Positions 13,621-25,100 of a stretch of 64,000 nucleotides of DNA are shown one piece after another. Source of the DNA: Sphagnum compactum (lineage: Eukaryota); the NCBI GenBank assembly GCA_965153455.1, contig OZ234493.1:17722213-17786212 (forward strand), given 5' to 3'. Under the pieces are notes generated by a model. The model was not told where the DNA came from and searched no databases. It saw only the letters and a list, made by a program, of their open reading frames with translations. The translations under genes were made by a program, and so were the position numbers. How positions within the stretch are numbered: the stretch's first letter is position 1; each line of letters begins with the position of its first letter.

Positions 13621-14109
13621 TATAGTCTTGCCAGTGCTATGTGGGTACTTTGAAGACTGTCTTCAAAGTACCCACACAGTAAGGCGAGATGTAGTGTATA
13701 AATGAAATGAAGATAGGTATGTAATTGGAACATTAGTGCATTTTTTGTGCATGGAAGATGTACATACAGTAGTTTCTGATGGTTGGACAACGAGGAATCC
13801 AGGACTTCAAGTATCCAGCTAATGTTTAGAGGAGTTAGATGATTTAGGTGTCCTAAGGCCTTGTGTTGTTCCTCATTCTTATTCAGTAAAAAAATTCTTC
13901 TCATTGACATATCTTTTGTCTTTCCTCCCTGGATTTCTTCAGGCATAGAAATTTTTCAAAGCTGCACCTTGGTCACATATGGCTTACACATTTTGGGTGT
14001 GCCAGTGGTGGGTTTTCAAGACTTTGTCACACTTTTTTTGGATGAGGCATGATAGATAATCAGGAGGTAATTTATCCTTGTTTGTGTGTATCGTCTACTA
14101 GGGATGGAA

Positions 14110-15200
14110 AAACACAACTGGGGGCCTGTGCAATGGTCTTTAAGAGAGCTTGATAATGGGCGAAAACAAATAAAGGACCTCTAAGGGGGTCACTTTACTT
14201 CGTGCTTGAAGATGATTCAATAATGGTGACCCCTTCTGCATGTCGCCCATGCTGGTTGTAAAAAGAAGAAGGAGTGCCATAAAACAACCTGGTAAAAGGG
14301 ACAATGTTCGCCAAAGGCCCCCTCAATATCACATAATTTTTAAAAAATGGTAATTTAAGAAACAATATTAAAAACGTTTTCAATGTCAACTTGCATCATG
14401 ACCCAATCAGGGTGTAGGTCGAGGAGGGTTCGGATGCCAAAAGTGATGGCCTCATAGCGTCTAAGGGTCAAAACTCCAAACTGGTGGGGGGATAGGTGCT
14501 CCTGAAACAACCCTGGAAGTTATAAGACATTGGAGTGACTAATAAGTCGAAGAAACACTTCGCCCATAGCAATAGGACGAAGACCGTCAGTGTCTTTTGC
14601 CTTTACCATTGCCAACAATTTGTTAACCCCCAACACTAGGGCCATCGACCTAAGGATATCCACAAGCAACAACAGTAGCAATTTGGAATAATTTCAAAAA
14701 CCTTGAGGATGGGTCCTTTGGTATGAAGCATCTCGATAGATGTTCATATATCATCCTAAAAAGCTCACTCGAAGATAAATGGGGAATAATGGTTTAAGGT
14801 TTGGGCAAACAAAATCCTATCTAGGACAAAAAAATGTTCAAGTTGATAGTAAAAAATAGGTGGAGGGACAAGGTTTGAAAGAGGGGGTGTAGCTAGCGTA
14901 GGGGAGCAATGGTGTCTTTCGAGGGAATAGTTGGCGACATGGGCTAGAGGGCTCTAGTTGCGTGATTGTATTCATTAGCTTTCCCTAAAATTAGACATCA
15001 ACGAAGACAAATGGTCAAAAAATCTTCTCATGATTAGAAAGAACAGGGTATATAAGAAGCATGTGAAGATTCCTCCTAAACAAAAGACTAGTCATTCATC
15101 AAAAACCTTTTGAGGTGAGCAGAAACCTTTCGTTGACTTAAACGACCACCTAGAGTATAACCACCTCGAGTATAACGCAAACACTAACATGACAATAGGA
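14110..15200 (-). mobile_element. Degenerate CRE/SLACS-like non-LTR retrotransposon reverse transcriptase
   Basis: The minus strand reads LLAMVKAKDTDGLRPIAMGEVFLRLIS...QFGV...HPDWVMMQVDIENVFNIVS...IIESSSSTK*SDPLRGPLF, corresponding to RT motifs RPIAxGE, DxxNAFN and QGDPL, with stops and frameshifts. Boundaries are approximate. Confidence 0.75.
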
Positions 15201-15658
15201 GGAATAGGTATCATGCTAACTTGTCTATCGAGTTTTGGGCAAGTCAATCAATGGGTAAGTGAAAAGCTTGCTTGACTTCCTAAATGACTCGAAAGATCTT
15301 ACGAAATAAACGAGAGCATACGAAACACAACTCAAATAGCCTCAAAATGGAATTAGATTGAGTTCGAAACGAACCCCAAAAAGCAAGAGGAATAAAACCA
15401 AGGAGAAGCACAAGAAAGGGGAATAAGACAAAAAAAAAACAATTTGGCTACCCTAAGGAACGGGCTTAGCAAGAAAGCGAGCACTCTTGACATGCCTCAA
15501 GAGGCCGCCTCAAGTGTAAAGATCAAAACAATGAGAATAAGGGATATCTTCAACCAACAGGGTCACAAAGAGGGAGCCTTCTGAAATAAAAAATAAAATT
15601 GTGTAATTGCTCTCCCTCGGTCGCTCACACACATGCACAGCAAGTTGAAAGTTGAAAC

Positions 15659-16277
15659 TAGTGTTGGGTGGGTATCAGGTTGGAACCCTGATATATATAG
15701 ATTAATACTGATCCTGGTATCAAAGAACTAACCAGAAGTGTACAACCTGAGGCAAATACTAACCTCATACCTATACTTGCTTGATATGGACTTGAGAAGA
15801 TAATAGAGTTTTTCGTAAAGCCAGGAAATCATGGCCGAACTAAGTTTCATCCTGTTGGTGACCAGTCTTTCCTTTTTCCTGAGCGCTTCCACTGCTGCTA
15901 CATATATTTTCACTGCTCTACATGTACAACTACTGTAATTACCTCCAACCTTGCGCACAAAATGCGGATTTTCAGCATATCATACCCAGATTTAATAAAT
16001 CTTCCTTACTTTGCGGACCTCACTCAAAGGGGGGGGGGATAGGGGGTGAAAAGAGGCCCAAAGACAGGGTGAGGACAGTATGACTTTAAGGAAAAGTCTA
16101 AGATCGGTTTACTACCAAGGCAATGTTGGTCTCGACACCAGGTAGGTACATGCCTATCACATACCAGCCAAATTCAGCTTTGGAGCCTTATATTAGGACC
16201 CTTATATTAAAATGATGATACCCTTACTAGGTAGTATGTTCAAAAGTTAGGGTTTAGGGCAAACCCACCCAACATTG
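15659..16277. mobile_element. Probable hAT-type non-autonomous element
   Basis: Imperfect 15-bp terminal inverted repeats TAGTGTTGGGTGGGT ... ACCCACCCAACATTG (13/15 match). No target-site duplication found. Confidence 0.4.
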
Positions 16278-17935
16278 CAATGTTTCTTCTTAAGAGCTCT
16301 GTCCCAATGAATTGTTTTTTTGGGAAGGGGAAACCGAGGTGGAGAGCATGCCGGCACTGTTGCCTGTATTGTTTTGACGGCATAACCAAAAGCTCAAAAC
16401 CAACCCAGCATTCTTCTTGTCCTCGAGTTTGACAATGGTGTAAAAGTTAACTCTTTGTTTCAAGTTTGAAGATTTTGTTTGCATAGAGTAATAGCCTTAG
16501 GGTGGCGGGGCATTCCCAAAATAAGGGCCACAATAAGGGCTAAAGTAATAAGGGGTGGAGGACATGGTGATAGCTGAATCCAGCCCCTCATTTTGGGAAT
16601 GTCCCTCCTCCACTTGTGGACTTTAGCCATCATGAAAGAGGAGGTGAATGTGTAATGTAATGCTTGAGGATGAGGGTGTTCTTGAAATAAGCACTAGCCC
16701 AAGGAGAAGTAGAGGGGCACTTAAGTTATTGCGAGAATGCCCAACTCTTAGAGTGTTATAATGTGTAAAGCATTAATAAAAAAATCATTTGAATTTGATT
16801 TTCTTGTGATGCCAGACCAAGGATGGATTCTAGCTTTGATGACAATGCTCTCAAGATACATTGGAAAATTTCTATAAGTGTTGGCATAATGAAAAACACT
16901 TCTTGCTCTCTAGATATTTGAGTACTAAATCCACATATTTCAACTCTTCAAAGTGGGTGCCCTGGATTTGGGTTGGATGATTGGCCAATGACAACCTGAT
17001 TTCTTTCTTTCTGACATACAATGTTTCCATGATCTAACCTATGTGAAAGGGGGAAGGTGTGATACCAAAAGTTGGGTTAAAAAAAAAAAGAATCATATAG
17101 ATATAATATTAAGGCTATGCCTCTATTGAAAGAAAGTGAAGAAATACTGGAAAACCTTGGAAACTTGACAAATTTTAAATCAAATAAACTAAAATTGCCC
17201 ATATGCGCAAAATTTTTGTTTTTTCTTTTTTTTGTTTAATTTCACAGAACATGGCCAACTTTTTTTTTGCTTAGTAAACACATTTTATACTGAAATACAA
17301 GTTTTTCGAAGGGTTTCCTGTAAAATAATTAGGCAGCAAAACAATGGAATTTTGCCACCAAAAAAAAATAAATATATATATATATATATATATATATTCC
17401 AAGATTCAGCATGTTAAATTTCTTTTTATGTTTGGTTGATAGTACCTATATTGGCCCAACGTTGCCATGTTCCATGTTCATAATCTGACACAGATGAATA
17501 TTCAATTGTCATAAAGCACTTGCGAGAAATTTCCTAGTGTACATATATGGAGGGGACGTTATAAGTATTAACAATGTCTCTTCAAAAACAAGAGGCACCT
17601 TACTTGGACAATACGCACCTTATTCCAAATATGAATTGATCGGTCAATTTCCAATCTAAACTAGGCACTACAATGTGGCTAGATCACAAATTGAACAAAA
17701 AAAAGGGCCCTTTTGTGGGTTATGCAATTTAAAGCTCCAATTAGATGTTTAAAATTAAGAAAATAATTCACTTTACCTATGGTTAGTTGCATGTAAAAAC
17801 TAATTTTGTAGGTCATGTTATTTACAATAGCGGTCTATATATAAAACAAAATGAAAACCCTTGTTTTTTTCCCAAGATTTTGAAGTCACTTCACATGATA
17901 ATGAAATGAATTATCATGTGAAAATATGTTGGAAC

Positions 17936-18229
17936 TAGTGTTGGTGGATACGCCTTTGTACACACATACACACACACATGGGCGTGTGCGCGGACATGGT
18001 TAGAGCTACCACCTTGGACCCTAGAACCTAGAACTCTAGAACTCAGACCTCAGCCTTTAGAACCTAAAAATCTTAAGTCTTATCTAAACTTAGGACCTTA
18101 GCCTTAACTAACCTTATGACCCAAACCCTAATAAAAAAAGGCCCTAAGACCCACCCATGTAGACCGTTGGGTTCGGTTCTTAGACCTGGATCTGGACCCA
18201 GCCCGGGAACCCAGAACCGGCCGACACTG
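17936..18229. mobile_element. hAT-type MITE with 8-bp target-site duplication
   Basis: Ends are TAGTGTTGG ... CCGACACTG, flanked by GTTGGAAC (17928-17935) and GTCGGAAC (18230-18237), a 7/8 match. Internal ACCCTAGAAC-like subrepeats. Confidence 0.6.
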
Positions 18230-20389
18230 GTCGGAACATGGTACATGGTGAATTGAAAATTTTTCTTAGAAGTTGGGGGAAGGATTTCCTTTCCACAAGA
18301 TTTTGTTTTACAAACGGAACTCCTCTTCAAGATTTTTTGTATGTCATGATTTGATTGAATAAAATACTATTTCATGCTGTTTTATTCTTTGTCCTTCTCA
18401 AACAAAAAAGAGAAAACAACAAACCCAAACTTATAGCCTCCCCCCCACCCGCCCCCCCCCCCCAACCCGCTTGGCATAATGTGGACACCATGTGGGACGG
18501 ATAATTAAATTATGAAGAGGTGTTTCTGGATGCACCTAATGTCCGTCCACAAGGAAATTTAGCAAAATTTTGCTAGAAACCGGATGTGGAAGTAGAAAAA
18601 TTTAAGAACATATTTTATATGATTTTTGTAACATGTGGGAACTTGTTGTAGAAATCTGGTTAAGTAAATTAATTAATTAAAATTTGGGAACTCTGGTGAA
18701 TTAGGGCAAAAAAATTTCACATGAAAGAATTGTGTGATGTGTCAAAGTATTATTTTTCAAAGGGGAAAAAATAAAAAGTGAAATTTTTATCACAAAAAAA
18801 CACATCTTTGAATTTTTTTTCCCCCTTGTTTCATAAGTTTTTTTTAAAAATACATCCAAGCAAAAACTTGGTATACTTCTTACCTACGACTTCCATATTC
18901 ACCCTCTTTGGTGTTGAGAGAGGTGAATTTTTGAGTTTGGATTCAATATTTTAAGACATGTATTTGTTCAACTCAATGACAATAACCCAAATTTGAATAC
19001 TTAAAATTTGCTGACTTTTCTTCAATGCCGTTTTCAGACTATCTTTACGTTGTAAAATATAATGACGTAGTGCAAGTATGTTCAATTTTCAAATTTAAAA
19101 TTACTCTCAATAGTCTAAAATAACAATTACTCACCAAAGAGGATTTTGCACTAACTTTTTAAATATTTTAGAATCTTAGTTTTTCTTAGGACTTTCAAGA
19201 AACCACTTTCAAACTTAAGATGATCGAATGTAATTTGTTCTAGCCTTTCTTTGATGTTCAGCGGTTCAATTCAAGTCATCTATTTTTTTATCTTGCTTTG
19301 TTTCAAACCCAAATGCAGGTTTATAAATATATCGAGATTTGGATAACAAATATTATAGTTGTTAAATTAGGCCTTTCCTTCAAATGAATGAGTAAACTAG
19401 ACTTACTTACTTTGATTGTGGATCCCAAAGAAAGGGAAAAGAAGAGAGAAAATAAAACCCTTTAAACCAAGTACCAAATAGTTTAATCCTCCTTTTTAAT
19501 ACATAATTAGTAATTACTTTTATAATTTGGTTGCCACCTAATTCTTTCATAAAATTGACCCGAAAGAATGAGATAAAGAAAATAATCAAAAGTAAAGAGA
19601 TGAAAGAGTAAGGTAGCTATATATATATAAGGTTTAAAAACAAATTGTAAATTAAAAAATGGGAAAGAATTCCAGAAAAATTAGTCTTATTTACACTAAT
19701 ATTTGTTTTTATTCAAAGAAAATTCTTTTTTTCCATCAAAAGAGCAACAAAAATTTGTTGAAAAAGAATTGCTGAACTGCCTATAAACCAAGTTTGTCTT
19801 TCCTTTTCGTAATTAATTTTGTTTGTCGAGGTGAAGGAAAAGAAAGATCCATACATATTACATACCCTACTACCTTGGCAACTTTGACACTAATTATGTT
19901 ATTTTCAGGAATCGTGCAATTTTCAAATTTTTTTTTCAAATAATAAAATGTGTGAAGGGAAAAAAGGAATCTTCAGGAATATTCTATTTGTCAAAATGAG
20001 AAATTTGAAATTAATTAATTAATTATTAATCATTCGACAAACATGTGTCAAAGCCACCAAGGTACAACGACCCCCTCGGGTGCTCACCTGGTCTCGGGCA
20101 ACGGTGCTTGCTTGCCTAACCATCGGACCCGGATTTGTTGCTCTTTTTTCTCTTTGCAATGAATGAAGTGTCCCTTCATTTGTCCCCAATTAAAAAAAGA
20201 AAAAAAAAAGTCTAGAATTTTGTGTATGGGGGGGGGGGAGGGGGTGTTGTTGGGGCAATCTTAGTTGTCAAAATGTGGGTTTCCTATTTTCACACAAAAA
20301 AGGGACAAGTTGTGTTATATCCAAAATGTACAAGATTTCGTAAATAGAAATATGATTTAAATGACCATGTACATCATCACATTTTATAT

Positions 20390-20589
20390 TAAAGAAGGTA
20401 CATCCCAACTATGAAATACATCAACAGATGTTATAATCATACGTAGATGAGTTCTTTCTAGTATAACTACTTGATTGTCCACTTCTAATAAACGTAATTG
20501 ACCTAATTCTAAGTCATCCTTTGGAATCATGTAACTATCAAAAGTTAGTGATTGTTCATCACAATTATTATAGTTTAAATATTCATAAG
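20390..20589 (-). pseudogene. cox2: Mitochondrial cox2 NUMT, start of exon 2
   Basis: (T)[66 protein letters not shown] is a decayed plant COX2 sequence. Confidence 0.93.
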
Positions 20590-22050
20590 GTTGGGTCAAC
20601 AGTTAATCTTTGTTTTGTCTATTTGCCTCCCACCAAACTATATTTGCAAGTTTCCTTGCAAACGACTTTCCACACCCATTAACACTCAAAGAGTATGATA
20701 TTTGGTCTCAAGTCTTTCAAGAAAAATCATATATTTCCCATGTTGGATCTTCATATGGCATTTTCTATAGACAGAAATTTGCTTCTTGTTTTATTGAACC
20801 ATGATCTTAATAAAACATTTCAAGGTAAAACCTTTAGCCTTCTTGATATGTTTTACATAGTGTGCTTCCATATTTTGAGTGATTTCACAAACAAGACACA
20901 AATAATCTAAAAATGGAAAATAAAAATAATATAATTATTAATACAAGTTTAATATTTTTTGGTCTTTTATTTCCCCTATAAAAAGCGATGCCAAATTAGT
21001 ATAATCCATATTGTAGGAGTAACCCTCAATATTGCTTTTAAACATCTAGGTAATACTGGTCTATTTAAAGATAATTTCTGGTGCCAAATGTGCAGATTTT
21101 CCTAGTTTGAACTCATAGTTTTTATCATCCATTTTCGGTTCGAACATAGGCTCAAGGACCGTTTTGATATTTTCTTGTATTATCTTGCATATGGGGAAAG
21201 GTGTTTTAGAAAAATGCATCTTCCTTTTAGCTTTTGGAATGAATTTGTTTCAAGTCAGTTGGAACTAAAAGGATTTCAATAAGAAAGATCACGCCCCTAA
21301 TTATCGAGAGTGAAATTGTCGACTCCCAAAGTCATGTTCACATATTTGGATTTGATTTTGTGATATGTAATTTTGTAGATCTTTAGGTCAAATAAACTAT
21401 AATATTTACACTTCAATTATAAATCGATTTTCTAAGACCTTTATGTTTCTACCAAAATTCCTCAAGGTCCCTTGTGAGCAACCAAAACTCCAACAAAATA
21501 TAAGCACTAGTCCCCTTTGTAAACAACTTTTTATTGTTATCATTTACTAGAGGACATTTGTCCCCAAAGAAGGCAGAACAAGCCTTTCTTAAGATTGTTT
21601 TTTTTTCTTCTAACAGTTTTACCACTACTTATAGTTGTTTTGTTGTTAACATTAGGGGATTCCCCATTTCTAAAGGTGATATGGTTAGGCCTATTATATT
21701 TGAATCATATGCCATTAGCTGTGGTGTTAATAGATTTACTATTTTAACATTGTTATTGGACATTACCGGCTGAACATTTTTTTTTATATATATTATCTAC
21801 ACTGAAAAGACGAATGTGTACCTCTAGCGACTTAAAGAAGGAAACCAGAGGCCTTTTAATTAGGGGAACCTTTTTAGTGTATGAGTTTGACCTCAATTCC
21901 ACATTTCTGGCATGTCCTAGTTTTTTGAGTCTTTCGACATCAAATGAAAATGCTTTTGTTTTTTCTTTTAGTAAGCCAATAGCTTTGCAAACCATAAAAC
22001 TAGTTTGGTGCATTTTGTTGCACTTCTATCACTTTCATGAAAGGGTGCAT
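20590..22050 (-). mobile_element. Group II intron (cox2i373 position) inside the NUMT, with decayed maturase (RT0-RT3 and HNH)
   Basis: The 5' end ATGCAC (decayed GTGCG-type) follows CAATGGTATTGGA. A domain V-like sequence GAAAGTCGTTTGCAAGGAAACTTGCAAATATAGTTTGGTGGGAGG precedes the 3' end GACCCAAC. Internal reading gives YHKIKSKYVNMTLGVDNFTLD, IPKAKRKM, KIIQENIKTVLEPMFEP, NYEFKLGKSAHLA, NIEGYSYNMDY, EIKDQKILNL (about 21400-20940) and CLVC..TQNMEAHYVKHIKK...NKKQISVYRKCHMKIQHGKY (about 20915-20730). Confidence 0.88.
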
Positions 22051-22110
22051 TCCAATACCATTGATGTCAAGTAGTTTTCATAGTAATTGTTGGATCTATT
22101 ACCTCATCCA
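22051..22110 (-). pseudogene. cox2: cox2 NUMT, 3' end of exon 1
   Basis: (M)DEVIDPTITMKTT*HQWYW immediately precedes the intron 5' end. Confidence 0.85.
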
Positions 22111-25100
22111 TCTACTTATATAATATCCTTGGGTGGTCGTCCTTTCCATCCATCTGTCCCGTCATCCATCATCATCCGTCCCATCATCCGTCCCCTCATC
22201 CGGACTGAAGATATTTTGTGACTCCCCATCCTCCTCCTGTTGCAGCAACCACCATTCAAGGTCAACGATGATTGGTTGGGCTATCCCCATTATAGTAGTC
22301 ATATCCTGAACTTCTCAACCACAAAATTTCAATTAGATTTAAGTTTTAATCATCCACAAGACCTAACCATAATGTTTCATGAGATTGATGTGGCACAACT
22401 GCAGATTGCTGCTACAGCAAAGGAGGAAGAGGAGGAGGATCCAAGCTCGACTTGCGGTGGATGCGAAAGAAGAAGAAGAAGAGGGGAAAGTGGAGTGGTC
22501 TCCAACTCCCACTGCAACAGCAAGCTGCTGTGACCCAAGAGAAGAACTTGCAGATTGCTGCTGCAACAGTAGCACAGGAGGAAGAGGAGGATCCAAGCTC
22601 GAGTTGCGGTGGATGCAGAAGAAGAAGAAGAGGGGAAAGTGTAGTGGTCTCCAACTCCCGCTGCAACAGCAAGTTGTTGTGACCCAAGAGAAGAACTTGC
22701 AGATTATTGCTGCAGCAGCAGCAAAGGAGGAAGAGGAGGAGGATCCAAGCTCGAGTTGCGGTGGATGCGGAAGAAGAAGAAGAAGAGGGGAAAGTGGAGT
22801 GGTTTCCAACTCCTGCTGCAACAACAAGCTACTGTGACCCAAGAGAAGAATCTTCAAATTGTTGCTGCAGCAGCAGCAAAGGAGGAAGAGGAGGAGGATC
22901 CAAGCTCGACTTGCGGTGGATGCAGAAGAAGAAGAAGAGGGGAAAGTGGAGTAGTCTCCAACTCCCGCTGCAACAGCAACGACAACAACAACCTGGGAAT
23001 TCCAACAACAACAGCAGCAACAATAGCAGCAAGAAGGGCGAGAGCCGGAGTAGGAACAAGAGCAGAGGTAGGAGCAACAGGAGTTGACGGAAGTGGGAGT
23101 CATGAGTTCAACCTCCAATGGGTGACCTCGCAGCAGCAGCAACGACAATGGAGCAACTGTTGCAGCCGGTAATGGAGCAACTGCTGCAACCAGCAATGGG
23201 GCTGCTACTGCTGCTGCTCCTATGACCCAAGAGAAGAATCTGCAGATTGCTGTTGCAACAGCAGCAGAGGAGGAAGAGGAGGAGGATCCAAGCTCGACTT
23301 GCAGTGGATGTAGAAGAAGAAGAAGAAGAGGGGAAAGTGGAGTGGTCTCCAACTCCCGCTGCAACAGCAACGACAATAACAACTTAGGAATTCCAACAAC
23401 AATAACACCAGCAACAAGAAGAGCGAGAGCCGGAGCAGGAATAGAAGCAGAGGCAGGAGCAACAGGAGTTGACGGAAGTGGGAGTCATGAGTTCAACCTC
23501 CAATGGTTGACCTCGCAGCAGTAGCAACGGCAATGGAGCAACTGCTGCTGCAGCCGGCAATGGAACAACTATTGCTGCAGCCGACAATGGGGCTGTTGCT
23601 GCTGCTATGACCCAAGAAAAGAATGCCAACAACAAGACCACAAATGGAGCTGCACTCTCAACAGCTGCTGAAATCCAGAAGAAACCACAGAAGGGCAAAA
23701 TGGAGTCCATAGGACAAGAGGATCCATGGTTCAAGCAAGCCGCCTCCAAGGGTGTCAAGGTTCTTCCTCTTCCTCTCACCTGTTGCTGTGAAAGAGAACT
23801 GTGCAGCACTGGCATGGGTGCAGCTTAGCAGCCATCAATCTGCCCAGAGATTTGATGAGTCCGAGATCAAAAGTGGGTCCTCAGATGGCTTGAGAGGTGG
23901 CTACGTCAATTCTGCAAAAACCTAGGACGTGGGCCCAGGCGCCCTGATCATTTCATTCCTACATACACTAAAACTTTGAGTTTTGAGCAACTGTTGCAAA
24001 GGGGGGGCTGAAATGTTTGCGGTTTTAAATAGTTAACATCATCGAGCCAACTTTGGATAGTCTAAGGCAATTAGAGTGCCAGTATTGATGAGTTGCAGTT
24101 GTGCAGAGCCTCTGGAAGAGCGAGCTTCGTGATCCAAGCTTTAGTCATCGTCTTCCTGCAAGGAGTGGAATTTGTGAAGCTGGTGAGATATGGATCTAGA
24201 GATAGCCTAACGATTGACCCCTGACGATTGACTTGGGCATGGTAGAAGCAGAGGGGAAAAAGGAGAAAGACGAAGACTTTTTGGTACAGTGTTCACAACG
24301 CCTTCCATCAAAGTTAGAGGCGGCAGAAGTTCCTACTCATGATGCCGTAGTGGCTTTGGAAGAAGAAAAAGAGGCAAGAGAGAATTTCAACTTCGTCCTA
24401 GAGCAGCAACCTCTCGATGGAATCCCCTCCACACTGACGACATTTCATGATCTCTTGAATGAAATGGAGGCTCAGGAGTTGTTGGAGCATGAACCAAACG
24501 CTCCAAGCGACACTGAGCAACTGGATGATGTGAATAACATTACAGCAATGGATCCTGTCACCATTCCTGAAGATCCTGTTGTGATTCCTGAAGCCATGAG
24601 TGAGTTACTTAGTCTTCTTGGTACTGTGGACAATGCAAGTTTCAGAACGACTTCCCAGTTCCATTAACCCTTGATCATGGTTTCTCTGATGGAGATCCAC
24701 TCTTTATCAGAGAAACAATGTTCCACTATATTATCACTTGACAGTTGGAGCTTTGTGCCATGATCTGATGGCATCATGTTGTGGGAGCTTACAGGGAGTG
24801 TTGAAGCTGCTGTTGACATGCCAATTGCGGTATCTAACAACATGGCCAGCAGTGATGATCAGTGGCTTAACATCAATCATCTTGGCTTTCACAATTCTGG
24901 CTCTAAGCTCTTGGTTGTTCAACGAGTCTCTGAAAGTGATTGGTATCTTCTTTGGAGCTGATCTCTGCTTGACAGGAGTGTCTCTGATGCTAATTGCCTT
25001 CATGGCTCGCTTGGGTATGAATGTCAAATCTCTTCTAAATCTTACATCAGATCTTTTACTCAGCTGCCAACCTCAAATTGTAGGTTTCCTTACATAATTC

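Noticed and set aside
22363-23815. Long ORFs (up to 339 aa) on both strands
   Set aside because: They are low-complexity translations of the tandem repeat inside the Helitron, open in several frames, with no domain.
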